Below are positions 1 to 11,032 of a DNA stretch of 64,000 nt, in pieces. The notes under the pieces are model-generated. The model was given only the letters and a program-made list of their open reading frames with translations, made no database searches and had not been told where the DNA came from. The DNA is taken from NCBI GenBank assembly GCA_910578795.1, contig CAJTSD010000010.1, positions 10,898 to 74,897 on the forward strand, given 5' to 3'. The position numbers and the translations under genes are program-made. This DNA is from an uncultured Lachnospiraceae bacterium. Lineage in GTDB: Bacteria; Bacillota; Clostridia; Lachnospirales; Lachnospiraceae. Positions within the stretch are counted from its first letter, which is position 1. Every line of letters starts with the position of its first letter.

Positions 1-93
1 GGCGTGATTCTGATTCGGGGAAAGAAGAAGGCATTGGAGCAGCAGCTCATCGAGGAGCAGGCGGGGAAGGGAGATGATTTACATGACGCATAG
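1..93 (+). CDS. C-terminal fragment of an unidentified CDS entering from upstream
   Basis: Frame 1 is open from base 1 to TAG 91-93. Only 30 codons are visible and no motif is recognisable. Confidence 0.3.
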   Translation, partial: GVILIRGKKKALEQQLIEEQAGKGDDLHDA

Positions 94-379
94 AGTCGGA
101 ACAATCACGCTTGGCGTGACGATGGTTGCAATTGGAGTGTTGTATTTGGCGCAGATTTTTTTCGGCGTGATGGAGTATGGATGGATCTGTAAGCTGTGGC
201 CTGTGATTTTTATTCTGCTTGGCTTGGAGATTTTGCTTGCGAATGCAAGGAAGAGCGGGGAGTTTGTTTATGATAAGGTCGGGATTGTGCTGACGTTTGT
301 GCTGACGGTTTTTGCGTTTGTGCTGGCGGCGGTGCAGCAGGCGGTTGAAATCAGTGTGCGGTATGGGTGGCAGATGTAG
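74..379 (+). CDS. small integral membrane protein, function unknown
   Basis: 101-aa ORF with about three hydrophobic helices (ITLGVTMVAIGVLYLAQIFF, WPVIFILLGLEILL, IVLTFVLTVFAFVLAAV). A purine-rich SD lies upstream. The start may be ATG 83. Confidence 0.5.
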   Translation: MIYMTHRVGTITLGVTMVAIGVLYLAQIFFGVMEYGWICKLWPVIFILLGLEILLANARKSGEFVYDKVGIVLTFVLTVFAFVLAAVQQAVEISVRYGWQM

Positions 380-500
380 GAACTACGATTAGAGTGGTAT
401 GTTCCTGATTGGGTAAAATAAGATTGGAAACAGGGCAATTTCTATTAAGACGAATCTTGGCGGATGTGTTATACTGGAGAAAAGAAGGGAGCGGTTTGCT

Positions 501-869
501 ATGAAAGATGATAAGATTGTAAAGGGAATTGCGGATTATGTTGCGGCGCATTTGGACGGGGATTTATCGCTGGAGGCGCTTGCGGATAACCTGCATTATT
601 CCAAGTTTTATCTTGCGAGAACGTTTGCGCAGCAGACGGGGGATACGATTGGAAAATATATTCAGCGGTGCAGGCTGGATTTGGCGGCAAGACAGTTAGT
701 GGAAACAAACAAGCCGATTGTTGAAATCGCTTATGAGGCGCATTACAATTCACAGCAGGCATTTACGCTTGCCTTTCGGAGCCGGTATCTGTGTACGCCG
801 CAGGTATACCGTAAACGGGGACGTTTTGACGTGCAAAGCTGTGCGGGGATTGGAGGGATGGCGGCATGA
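501..869 (+). CDS. AraC/XylS-family transcriptional regulator, HTH domain only (122 aa)
   Basis: Two HTH units typical of the AraC C-terminal domain ([21 protein letters not shown]; [24 protein letters not shown]). Stop TGA 867-869 overlaps the clpP ATG at 866. Confidence 0.75.
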   Translation: MKDDKIVKGIADYVAAHLDGDLSLEALADNLHYSKFYLARTFAQQTGDTIGKYIQRCRLDLAARQLVETNKPIVEIAYEAHYNSQQAFTLAFRSRYLCTPQVYRKRGRFDVQSCAGIGGMAA

Positions 870-1456
870 GCACAATCCCTTACGTGGTGGAACAGACGAG
901 CCGCGGCGAGCGCAGCTACGATATTTTTTCACGGCTTTTGTCGGACCGGATTATCTTTTTGGGTGAGGAGGTCAGCAATACAACGGCGAGCCTGATTGTG
1001 GCGCAGATGCTGTTTTTGGAGGCGCAGGACCCTGGGAAGGATATTCAGCTTTATATCAACAGTCCGGGCGGTTCGGTGACGGCAGGCTTTGCCATTTATG
1101 ATACGATGCAGTATGTTAAGTGCGACGTTTCCACAATCTGTATCGGGCTTGCGGCAAGCTTCGGTGCGTTTTTGCTTGCGGGCGGCGCGAAAGGAAAACG
1201 TATTGCGCTTGCAAATGCGCAGATTATGATTCATCAGCCTGCAATCCACGGCAACGGCGTGCAGGGGCAGGCGACGGACATTCAAATCGTGTCGGAGCAT
1301 ATGCAAAAAAGTAAGGAGCGGCTGAACCGTATTTTGGCGCAGAATACGGGGAAGTCAGCAGAGCAAATCAGGGAGGATACGGAGCGCGACAATTACATGT
1401 CTGCAAACGAGGCGCTTGCATATGGGCTGATTGATAAAGTCATTGAGAAACGGTAA
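866..1456 (+). CDS. clpP: ATP-dependent Clp protease proteolytic subunit
   Basis: 196 aa with ClpP hallmarks: [23 protein letters not shown], active-site Ser context [11 protein letters not shown], His context IMIHQP. Confidence 0.95.
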   Translation: MSTIPYVVEQTSRGERSYDIFSRLLSDRIIFLGEEVSNTTASLIVAQMLFLEAQDPGKDIQLYINSPGGSVTAGFAIYDTMQYVKCDVSTICIGLAASFGAFLLAGGAKGKRIALANAQIMIHQPAIHGNGVQGQATDIQIVSEHMQKSKERLNRILAQNTGKSAEQIREDTERDNYMSANEALAYGLIDKVIEKR

Positions 1457-1507
1457 AAGAAAATACCTTATTTATGCTTGATAATATAAATAAGGTATTT
1501 TTCTTTT
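1457..1507 (+). terminator. intrinsic terminator after clpP
   Basis: About 19-bp AT-rich hairpin (aaagaaaataccttatttat / ataaataaggtatttttcttt) followed by a T-run. Confidence 0.7.
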
Positions 1508-1668
1508 GCCGGAATTAACCTTTACAAACACGCTTCCGATATATTACAATAGGAGATATTGTAAAGAATACCGGAAATGAGGAGAAAAGTTGAAAATAAA
1601 TTTTCAACTAACAAGTTTGTGCTTTAAAGCTCAAACTTGCAGACTTTGAAAGGAGCGTAACTATAAAA

Positions 1669-3378
1669 ATGAGTGAACCAGAAATGAATAAAAACGAAGC
1701 GGCGGAAGGGGAAAAGGAAGTCGTTTCGAGGAATTTTATCGAGCAGATGATTGACAAGGACCTTGCGGAGGGGGTGTATAACACTGTACACACGCGGTTT
1801 CCGCCCGAGCCGAACGGGTACCTTCATATCGGTCATGCGAAGGCGATTCTTGTAAACTACAATTTGGCAAAGCAGTACGGCGGCAAGTTCAACATGCGCT
1901 TTGACGATACGAACCCGACAAAGGAGGATATTGAGTTTGTCGAGTCTATCAAGGCGGACGTGGCATGGCTTGGCGCAGACTGGGAGGACAGGCTGTTTTT
2001 TGCTTCTGACTATTTTGAACAAATGTACGAATGCGCCGTAAAGCTGATTCAGAAGGGCAAGGCATATGTGTCCGACCTTTCGGCGGAAGAAATTAAGACG
2101 TACCGCGGTTCGTTTACCGAGCCGGGAAAGGAGGATCCTTCGGCTGCGCGCTCCGTAGAGGAAAACCTGCGGTTGTTCGAGGAGATGAAAAACGGGAAGT
2201 ACGCGGACGGTGAGAAGGTGCTGCGTGCCCGTATTGATATGAGCTCGCCCAACATTAATATGAGAGACCCCGTGATTTACCGCGTGGCGCATATGACGCA
2301 CCACAATACGGGTGACAAATGGTGCATTTATCCGATGTATGACTTTGCGCATCCGATCGAGGACGCGATCGAGGGAATTACGCATTCGATCTGTACGCTG
2401 GAGTTTGAGGATCACAGACCGCTTTATGACTGGGTGGTGCGTGAGTTAGAGTTTCCGAATCCGCCACGTCAGATTGAGCAGGCGAAGATGTATCTCACAA
2501 ACGTGGTGACCGGAAAGCGCTATATTAAAAAGCTTGTACAGGACGGGATTGTGGACGGCTGGGACGACCCGCGTCTTGTTTCGATTGCAGCGCTTAGAAG
2601 GCGTGGATTTACGCCGGAGTCCATTCAGCGTTTTGTGGAGCTTTGCGGTGTGAGCAAGGCAAATTCTTCGACTGATTACGCGATGCTGGAGTATTGTATC
2701 CGGGAAGATTTGAAGCTGAAAAAGCCTAGGATGATGGCGGCGCTTGACCCGATTAAACTTGTGATTGACAATTATCCCGAGGGGCAGGTGGAGTACCTTG
2801 AAGTCCCCAATAATTTGGAAAACGAGTCGCTTGGCACAAGACAGGTTCCGTTCTGCCGGGAGCTTTATATTGACCGCGAGGACTTTATGGAGGAGCCGCC
2901 AAAGAAGTATTTCCGGCTTTTTCCGGGCAACGAGGTCCGCTTGATGAGCGCTTATTTTGTAAAGTGTGTCAGCTATGAGAAGGACGGGAACGGAAACGTG
3001 ACGGTGGCGCACTGTACGTATGACCCTGAAACAAAGCAGGGCAGTGGTTTTACGGGGAGAAAGGTCAAGGGAACCATTCACTGGGTGCCTGCACCGTTTG
3101 CGGTGAAGGCGGAGGTCAGACTGTATGAGAACCTGATTGACGAGGAGAAGGGCGTGTACAACGAGGACGGTTCGCTGAACTTAAATCCGAATTCGCTGAC
3201 GATCTTAAAGGAATGCTATGTTGAGCCTGCGTTAAAGGACGCAAAGGCGTATGAGAGTTTTCAGTTTGTACGGCAGGGCTTTTTCAATGTGGACTGCCAC
3301 GATTCAAAGCCGGATGCGCTTGTGTTTAACCGGATTGTGTCACTGAAAAGCTCGTTTGTCCTGCCCAAAAAAGTGTAA
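1669..3378 (+). CDS. glnS: glutamine--tRNA ligase
   Basis: 569 aa. The N-terminus closely resembles E. coli GlnRS ([38 protein letters not shown]). SD AAAGGAG lies upstream. Confidence 0.92.
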   Translation: MSEPEMNKNEAAEGEKEVVSRNFIEQMIDKDLAEGVYNTVHTRFPPEPNGYLHIGHAKAILVNYNLAKQYGGKFNMRFDDTNPTKEDIEFVESIKADVAWLGADWEDRLFFASDYFEQMYECAVKLIQKGKAYVSDLSAEEIKTYRGSFTEPGKEDPSAARSVEENLRLFEEMKNGKYADGEKVLRARIDMSSPNINMRDPVIYRVAHMTHHNTGDKWCIYPMYDFAHPIEDAIEGITHSICTLEFEDHRPLYDWVVRELEFPNPPRQIEQAKMYLTNVVTGKRYIKKLVQDGIVDGWDDPRLVSIAALRRRGFTPESIQRFVELCGVSKANSSTDYAMLEYCIREDLKLKKPRMMAALDPIKLVIDNYPEGQVEYLEVPNNLENESLGTRQVPFCRELYIDREDFMEEPPKKYFRLFPGNEVRLMSAYFVKCVSYEKDGNGNVTVAHCTYDPETKQGSGFTGRKVKGTIHWVPAPFAVKAEVRLYENLIDEEKGVYNEDGSLNLNPNSLTILKECYVEPALKDAKAYESFQFVRQGFFNVDCHDSKPDALVFNRIVSLKSSFVLPKKV

Positions 3379-3430
3379 AGAGAACGCAAGGATGACGTTT
3401 TTTGCATAGCATGAAAGGTTGGAAGAAAAC

Positions 3431-4084
3431 ATGAAATACAAATGTCTGATACTTGACCACGATGACACGGTGGTGAACAGCACTGCAACGATTCACCACC
3501 CTGCGTTTTTGGAGGCGCTGAAGGTTCTTCGTCCCGGTGTGACCATATCGCTTGAGGATTATTTCCGTGAGAATTTTCACCCGGGCTTTACGGAATACTG
3601 CATGGGGAAGCTTGGTATGACGGACGAAGAGCTGGAGACAGAGGTCGGTCTTTGGCGTGACTACGTGGAGAAGCATGTTCCAAACGTATATGACGGAATG
3701 CGGGAAATTATTGAACGCCAGAAAGCGCAGGGCGGCATTGTCTGTGTTGTTTCGCACTCGTATGATTTTAACATTAAGCGGGATTATGCGGCGAATCATC
3801 TGCCCGAGCCGGATTTGATTTTTGGATGGGAGTGCCCGCCTGAGTTTCGAAAGCCAAGCACGTATGCGTTGGAGCAGATTGCGAAGCGGTATGCTTTAGC
3901 GCCTTCGGATATGGTCATGGTAGATGATTTGAAGCCTGGCTTTGACATGGCACGGGCGTTTGGTGCGTTTTTTGTGGGAGCGGGCTGGGCGAATGACGTG
4001 GCAGAGATTCGGGAGTTTATGAAGCATAACAGTGATGTGTACTTCACGAACGTGGAGGAGCTGGCGCAGTTTTTGTTTGATTAG
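3431..4084 (+). CDS. HAD-superfamily hydrolase (phosphatase-like)
   Basis: DxD nucleophile motif LILDHDDTVVNS and distal motif MVDDLKPGFDMA. The ATG at 3431 is preferred over the TTG at 3419. Confidence 0.8.
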   Translation: MKYKCLILDHDDTVVNSTATIHHPAFLEALKVLRPGVTISLEDYFRENFHPGFTEYCMGKLGMTDEELETEVGLWRDYVEKHVPNVYDGMREIIERQKAQGGIVCVVSHSYDFNIKRDYAANHLPEPDLIFGWECPPEFRKPSTYALEQIAKRYALAPSDMVMVDDLKPGFDMARAFGAFFVGAGWANDVAEIREFMKHNSDVYFTNVEELAQFLFD

Positions 4085-4092
4085 AAGCCAAT

Positions 4093-4137
4093 AAAAGAAC
4101 GCATATTTTTTGCAGTGCAAAAAATATGCGTTCTTTT
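4093..4137. terminator. bidirectional intrinsic terminator between convergent genes
   Basis: 19-bp perfect stem aaaagaacgcatatttttt / aaaaaatatgcgttctttt with a 7-nt loop. A-run and T-run flanks. Confidence 0.85.
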
Positions 4138-4160
4138 TATGATTCAAAATTTTATAAAAT

Positions 4161-4646
4161 TTATATATTTTTGGAGTCATCAAAAAATTCTTCTGTCGCG
4201 GATGTATTATCGGAATGATCGGTTTCGTTTGTATCGGAATATGCGGCAGATGATGAAGTGCTCATATCCATTTCCGTGTATTCCGTTTCAGTGGGGGCAG
4301 CAGGCGATATGCGGTCACTTATGATTTCCTTTGCCCTGTCAATTTTTTCCGGCACATTGAGCTGTTCCAGTTTTTCTTTTGTCTTATCAAGTGTCTCTAT
4401 GACCTTTTCACCGATTTTCTCTTTGGCATTGTCAAGGTCAATGGGGATATGTGGATGAGATTTATTGCTTGTTGAATCATCAAAAAAGTCGTCATCCAAA
4501 TCCTCATCAAAATCATCAAAATCATCAAAATCGTCAAAATCATCAGCCGGAGCGGCATTTTTCTTTTGAAGATAATAATAAGTTCCTGCAGCAGCGGCTC
4601 CTGCCAGCGCACCAAATAATGCGAGCTTGCCTAGTTTTTTTGCCAT
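4161..4646 (-). CDS. YtxH-like membrane-anchored acidic low-complexity protein
   Basis: N-terminal helix MAKKLGKLALFGALAGAAAAGTYYYL followed by an acidic (DDF)n and Ser/Thr/Glu-rich tail. SD GGAGAA lies 5 nt upstream of the ATG at 4646. The longer ORF to 4703 lacks an SD. Confidence 0.6.
   Translation of the reverse strand: MAKKLGKLALFGALAGAAAAGTYYYLQKKNAAPADDFDDFDDFDDFDEDLDDDFFDDSTSNKSHPHIPIDLDNAKEKIGEKVIETLDKTKEKLEQLNVPEKIDRAKEIISDRISPAAPTETEYTEMDMSTSSSAAYSDTNETDHSDNTSATEEFFDDSKNI
4504..4545. repeat. 9-nt tandem repeat (about 4.6 copies) inside a CDS
   Basis: tcatcaaaa x3, tcgtcaaaa, tcatca on the + strand. It encodes DDFDDFDDFDDFDED on the - strand. Confidence 0.85.
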
Positions 4647-4878
4647 TGGTAATTCTCCTTTCATGTTGCAGTTGTGTATTTGATGCATATGATCATGGAG
4701 CATAGGATATGCCCCTGTATATACCTTTATATTTTAATACTATTTTATGGAAAATAAAAGAGAATATGTAAAAAAAGATTTTTTAAAATAAATTTTTCGT
4801 TCTTGAAACCCTTGTGGGAGTATGTTAAGATATGTATTAATCGACTGAAAAAGTCAATGATATAAAATGGAGGTTTGA

Positions 4879-5511
4879 ATGAACGAAAAGTTTTTTGATC
4901 TTGCAAGAGAAAAGCAGGACAAGATGATAAACGGGGCAATTGAAGTATTTGCAAAAAACGGATACAAGCATGCCGCTACGGACGATATGGTAAAGGCGGT
5001 CGGTGTGAGCAAGGGACTTTGGTTTCACTATTTTGGATCGAAAGAGGGAATCTATGTATTTGTGTATGATTACAGTGTAAAATATATGATGCTTGAGCTT
5101 TCGACCGTGGTGGATGAGAGTGTGACGGATTATTTTGAGATGGTACGTCAGATTGAGCATGTTAAGACACGGGTAAGAAAAAGCTATCCATATATGCTGG
5201 AGTTTTTAAAGACAGCAGAGTATGAGAGTGACGAAACGGTAATGCAAAAAACAGCGGATGTAAGGCAGTTATACCGGCAACGCATGGACAGTCTTTTAAA
5301 AAGTGCAGAGATTGAGAACATATCAGACAGGGCGAGGCGAGAACGCATTAAAAGGATACTGGCGTTTAGCATTGACGGTATTGCACATGAAAAACAAGGA
5401 TCTGATCCGGATACGGTGTATCGGGAGATTAAGATGTACATAGATTTGGTGCGTGATATGTCACAGGGGAATATAGGGCAGGAAAAGAGAGAAATCATAG
5501 GACTTCGGTAA
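4879..5511 (+). CDS. TetR/AcrR-family transcriptional regulator
   Basis: N-terminal TetR HTH (AIEVFAKNGYKHAATDDMVKAVGVSKGLWFHYFGSKEG). 210 aa. SD GGAGG. Confidence 0.8.
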   Translation: MNEKFFDLAREKQDKMINGAIEVFAKNGYKHAATDDMVKAVGVSKGLWFHYFGSKEGIYVFVYDYSVKYMMLELSTVVDESVTDYFEMVRQIEHVKTRVRKSYPYMLEFLKTAEYESDETVMQKTADVRQLYRQRMDSLLKSAEIENISDRARRERIKRILAFSIDGIAHEKQGSDPDTVYREIKMYIDLVRDMSQGNIGQEKREIIGLR

Positions 5512-5648
5512 AATTTGATAAATATTTAGCAAATATATATAATATTTTTGATAAATATGATATAATATATTTAATTAAGAAGACGCCCTCATATGATTAA
5601 GACTTCGACAATGAGATATGGCAGTTTCTGAAAGGATGGTGATGTGTA

Positions 5649-6566
5649 ATGAGTAAATTTTTGGTAGCAGGTTTTGTGCAGTTTGAAACAATTGTAAAGG
5701 TGGATGACCTTCCACTGCCGTATAAAGAATTTGAAAGTATACCAGAAACAATCAATACGGATATTGGAGGCGCCGGATTTAATGAGGCAATAGCGCTTCG
5801 TTGGCTTGGCGATGAAGTGGATTTTATGAGTATGGTGGCAAAAAACATGTCAAGAACGCAGATCCATGCATATCTTGAAAAGAATGACGTAAATCTGAGC
5901 ACGGATTATGTACTGCAGAAGCTTGACGGTATGCCGACAGCGGTAGTGCTTTATAAATCAAGTGGTAAAAAGCAGGTATTTGAAGACGTAAAGGATATCA
6001 GAACCGTAGAGTATGATCTTGACTTATTTGAAAGACAGATTCAGGACAAGGATATGGTGCTCATATCAAACTGTAATTTTTGCCGACCACTGTTAGCGCT
6101 TGCAAAACAATATAAGAAACCGCTTGCATTGAATGTAAGAAGCATGCGTGCGGAAAAAATTGCAAACAAGGCAGACTTTTTAGCGGCTGCGGATATTGTT
6201 TACATAAGTGATGATGATTTGGAAGGCGATCCGTATGACTGCATTAATGAGTGCAGGAAAAAATACGATCCGGAAATCATTATCATGGGCATGGGATCGC
6301 AAGGTGTTATTCTTTATATAAGAGAGGATAACAGTGTGATTGAATATAAGCCCGTAAAGACTTATGACGTTGTGAATACAGTGGGAGCAGGAAATGCTAT
6401 TTTTTCAGCGTTTTTGCATTATTATGTAAAGACAAAGGACGCAAGGGATGCAATTAAAAATGCGTTGTTGTTTGTATCCTATAAGATTAGCTTTGTCGGT
6501 ACCTCAAACGGATTTATGACGGAAGAACAGATTGAGCAGTGGAGAAAGCTTATTTGGAAGGAATAA
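5649..6566 (+). CDS. PfkB-family carbohydrate/nucleoside kinase
   Basis: 305 aa. N-terminal GG motif (DIGGAGFNEAIAL) and C-terminal ATP/anion-hole motif NTVGAGNAIFSAF, which resembles DTxGAGD. Confidence 0.72.
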   Translation: MSKFLVAGFVQFETIVKVDDLPLPYKEFESIPETINTDIGGAGFNEAIALRWLGDEVDFMSMVAKNMSRTQIHAYLEKNDVNLSTDYVLQKLDGMPTAVVLYKSSGKKQVFEDVKDIRTVEYDLDLFERQIQDKDMVLISNCNFCRPLLALAKQYKKPLALNVRSMRAEKIANKADFLAAADIVYISDDDLEGDPYDCINECRKKYDPEIIIMGMGSQGVILYIREDNSVIEYKPVKTYDVVNTVGAGNAIFSAFLHYYVKTKDARDAIKNALLFVSYKISFVGTSNGFMTEEQIEQWRKLIWKE

Positions 6567-6569
6567 TAA

Positions 6570-6613
6570 AATCAAAAAGAAAGCCGCGCGGATGTGCGGT
6601 TTTCTTTTTGATT
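6570..6613. terminator. bidirectional intrinsic terminator
   Basis: Hairpin aatcaaaaagaaagccgc / gcggttttctttttgatt lying between convergent genes. Confidence 0.75.
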
Positions 6614-6629
6614 CGATAGACGGGGACTG

Positions 6630-7334
6630 CTAATCCTCCATATAAATATAGTTCAGAAATGCGATGGCATTCTCTGTTTTGTCAGAGTTTATAATAAAAC
6701 TGAACACAGGTTTCTTGCCTTCATAATAGTGATATTCATTTAATTTTGGGGCGTCAGAAACATGGATACCGACAGGAATGCGTTCTCCACTGCCCGTTTC
6801 GGCAAAATAAAACCGGTCCTGATAGGTTTCCAGCAGATTCTCAGGAAGGATCGTTGTTAGGTTGCCTAAGCAGTCGCATTTCGTGAAGTAATCAATAGTA
6901 TCCGTATCACCAACAATCACATCAACATCATTTGCCGTAATGGAAGCCATTGCTTTTTCGAGCCCTGCGTAAGCATCAAGGTCAGAAAAATCTGCGGAAT
7001 AGGTCATGCTGGAGTCAATATAGGCATTCTGTTTGGAAGTGTCAATTTCCATATACTCTACGAACTTATCAATCAGTCCGGTGTCTGATGAATCTCCGGT
7101 GTCGTTGTAGAAAAATGCACCAAAGGCGGTGTCACGCGGTGCGGTGATCATGGTATACGCAAGGGAAAATACAAAAATGCAGATTGCAATCACGATAATG
7201 GTAGTCATTAAATAATAGTCCTTAAAATATAAAAGCCTGTCCTTTAAGGGGGCGTTTTTAAGTTTTGCGTTCTGTTCCTTGATTTCATCGGACAGGGATT
7301 GGTTTTTGTCACGGTTTTTATTATAAACATCCAT
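6630..7334 (-). CDS. membrane-anchored extracytoplasmic protein, function unknown
   Basis: The ATG at 7334 follows SD GGAGAA. One TM helix (TTIIVIAICIFVFSLAYTMI) is followed by an acidic soluble domain. Confidence 0.5.
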   Translation of the reverse strand: MDVYNKNRDKNQSLSDEIKEQNAKLKNAPLKDRLLYFKDYYLMTTIIVIAICIFVFSLAYTMITAPRDTAFGAFFYNDTGDSSDTGLIDKFVEYMEIDTSKQNAYIDSSMTYSADFSDLDAYAGLEKAMASITANDVDVIVGDTDTIDYFTKCDCLGNLTTILPENLLETYQDRFYFAETGSGERIPVGIHVSDAPKLNEYHYYEGKKPVFSFIINSDKTENAIAFLNYIYMED

Positions 7335-7514
7335 GAAGGTTCTCCATTTCTTTGCAGTTGTTTTTACATATAAAAAATGATATATTCTATGAAGGCACAA
7401 TGTCAATAAAAATTTTCTAAAAGATTTTTTTAAAAGAAAGGGAAAGGCTTGCATAATAAGGTGATTTATTCTAAGATATAAGAGATATTAAAATGTATTA
7501 ATATAAGGAAGGAT

Positions 7515-8024
7515 ATGATTACAAACATGAATGATAGCTACAAGGAATTGCTGGTAAAAAAGGAACGGGGAATTCAGGGAACGGTTATGCGGATTGTATG
7601 TGTTGTACCTACAGTGCTGCTGGCATTACTGACACTTTCAGGAAATCTGATTGTTTTCATAGCAGTTGTCGCGCTTGGCGTTTTTGATTATTTTGTGTTC
7701 CAGTGGACGGACGTTGAGTTTGAGTACCTTTATCTTGACAAGGAAATTACGGTGGACAAGGTTATGGCTAAGACAAGAAGAAAACGCGCCGCGGTTTTGG
7801 ATGTGAACAAGATTGAGATGATGGCCCCGCACAATTCAGGACAGCTTGCTTACTATAAAAACAGGCAGGTGAAAACAACGGATTTGAGCGCCGGACAGGA
7901 TCTTCCTGACCAAAAGCTTTACATGGTGTATTATGAGGGGAACCAATGCTTTTTGCTCAACCTGGATGATGATTTTGCAAAGACCGTGAAAGCGGTGGCT
8001 CCGCGCAAGGTTTACATGGAATAG
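7515..8024 (+). CDS. hypothetical membrane protein
   Basis: 169-aa ORF with a two-helix hairpin (VCVVPTVLLALLTLSGNLIVFIAVVALGVF). SD AAGGAAGG. Confidence 0.5.
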   Translation: MITNMNDSYKELLVKKERGIQGTVMRIVCVVPTVLLALLTLSGNLIVFIAVVALGVFDYFVFQWTDVEFEYLYLDKEITVDKVMAKTRRKRAAVLDVNKIEMMAPHNSGQLAYYKNRQVKTTDLSAGQDLPDQKLYMVYYEGNQCFLLNLDDDFAKTVKAVAPRKVYME

Positions 8025-8053
8025 TGCTGTATTGTCCGGAAAAAATTTTATGC

Positions 8054-9594
<1,541 letters not shown>

Positions 9595-9671
9595 AAAACG
9601 ACGCTGTCACGTTTATTGTGGCAGCGTTTGCATTGTACCGTATCAATTTGACAGAGAGGATTTTTGCAGCT

Positions 9672-10142
9672 ATGCAGTATGAAAAATACCGTTTTTATGA
9701 TGACGGGGTTGAGATGATGATACCTTCCTGCCTAAAGGAACCGACCTCAAGGCTTTTTGCTCAGAACAGCTTTGTTTCTGATAATAAGAGAGTAATTGTT
9801 AATGTTTCAAGAGGCGCAGACGGTTTGACACAGCAGCAGCTGGAAACAAGGCTGAATGAATATTGTAGGGGATTTGCAAAGGATGCGCGGAAATTTGAAT
9901 GTCTTAAGATTGATAAAAGGCAGTTTTTGGACGATTTGTTTGTAGATCTGCGTTATCTGTCTAGTATGATGGGATATCAGTTTTACAATGCTTTTGTATT
10001 GGGAATTTATGAAGGCAGGGAACTGGTTGTGACGATGCAGTGTATGCAAAATGAAACAGCGGATAATGAACACATGTTTGATTTTATTGCGGATTCCATA
10101 AGAATCTTAAAAAAAGATGTCAGAAATGGAGGATTAATATGA
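9672..10142 (+). CDS. hypothetical protein
   Basis: The ORF from ATG 9672 (MQYEKYRF...) is preferred. The annotated GTG at 9618 lies inside the guaB terminator hairpin (about 9597-9632). The stop overlaps the next gene (ATGA). Confidence 0.45.
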   Translation: MQYEKYRFYDDGVEMMIPSCLKEPTSRLFAQNSFVSDNKRVIVNVSRGADGLTQQQLETRLNEYCRGFAKDARKFECLKIDKRQFLDDLFVDLRYLSSMMGYQFYNAFVLGIYEGRELVVTMQCMQNETADNEHMFDFIADSIRILKKDVRNGGLI

Positions 10143-10711
10143 AGGATACAGTAGAAATCAGGTGGCATGGAAGAGGCGGACAGGGGGCAAAAACCGCAGC
10201 GCTTCTTCTTGCAGATGTGGCATTTAAGACCGGAAAATATGTACAGGGATTTCCCGAGTACGGTCCGGAGCGAATGGGGGCGCCGATTACGGCGTACAAT
10301 CGGATCAGCAGTGAACCGATTACGGTTCATTCCAATATTTATGAGCCGGATTATGTGGTCGTGGTGGATGAAAGCCTTTTAGAGAGCATTGATGTTACGA
10401 AAGGGCTGAGCAAAAAAGGTGCAGTGATTATTAATTCGGAGCGTACGAAGGAGGAACTGCTGCCAATGCTGCATGGCTACGAGGGCGCAGTGTATACGGT
10501 CAATGCGAAGGGGATTTCCATCAAGGCGCTTGGAAAGAATTATCCGAATTCACCGATGCTTGCGGCGACGGTGGCTGTGTCAGGGATAATGGATAAGAAT
10601 GCGTTTTTAGGCGAGATGAGAGCATCATTTGAACATAAGTTTGCAAAGAAGCCCGAGGTGATAGATGGAAATATGCAGGCGCTTGAGATGGCGTTCCATG
10701 AGGCTGTATAA
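10139..10711 (+). CDS. 2-oxoacid:ferredoxin oxidoreductase, gamma subunit
   Basis: 190 aa. The N-terminus RWHGRGGQGAKTAALLLA is typical of POR/VOR gamma subunits. Confidence 0.85.
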   Translation: MKDTVEIRWHGRGGQGAKTAALLLADVAFKTGKYVQGFPEYGPERMGAPITAYNRISSEPITVHSNIYEPDYVVVVDESLLESIDVTKGLSKKGAVIINSERTKEELLPMLHGYEGAVYTVNAKGISIKALGKNYPNSPMLAATVAVSGIMDKNAFLGEMRASFEHKFAKKPEVIDGNMQALEMAFHEAV

Positions 10712-10729
10712 AAGGAATTGGAGGTAACG

Positions 10730-11032
10730 ATGGAAAAGATACAGGACAGAATTAATGAGCAGAGCCCGTGGGAACATATCACGGAGGGAAATAAGATTTT
10801 TGAGGCTGCAACGGCAAGAGAATTTTGTACCGGGGAATGGAGGACTTCCACACCGGTGTTTGAGAAGGAAAAATGTAAACAGTGTCTTTTATGTGTGCCG
10901 GTCTGCCCGGATTCATCCATTCCGGTGAGCGCAGGAAAAAGAGCGGATTTTGACTATGACCACTGCAAGGGCTGCGGCATTTGTGCAAAGGTATGCCCAT
11001 TCGGCGCAATCAGCATGAAGGAGGGGAAATAA
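10730..11032 (+). CDS. 2-oxoacid:ferredoxin oxidoreductase, delta (2x[4Fe-4S] ferredoxin) subunit
   Basis: Two CxxCxxCxxxCP motifs (CKQCLLCVPVCPD; CKGCGICAKVCPF). The ATG at 10730 follows GGAGG. Confidence 0.85.
   Translation: MEKIQDRINEQSPWEHITEGNKIFEAATAREFCTGEWRTSTPVFEKEKCKQCLLCVPVCPDSSIPVSAGKRADFDYDHCKGCGICAKVCPFGAISMKEGK

Noticed and set aside
1508-1668. Possible T-box leader upstream of glnS
   Set aside because: The region is only about 160 nt. I could find no T-box consensus (AATTAGGGTGGTACCGCG-like) and no specifier-loop or antiterminator arrangement.
1624-2415. Long antisense ORFs (for example 1624..2415, 8599..9345, 11051..11626, 40393..41304, 50732..51391, 59334..60041)
   Set aside because: Each lies entirely antisense to a gene with strong motif support. 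They have no SD and odd composition (Arg/Leu/His-rich), so they are shadow ORFs.
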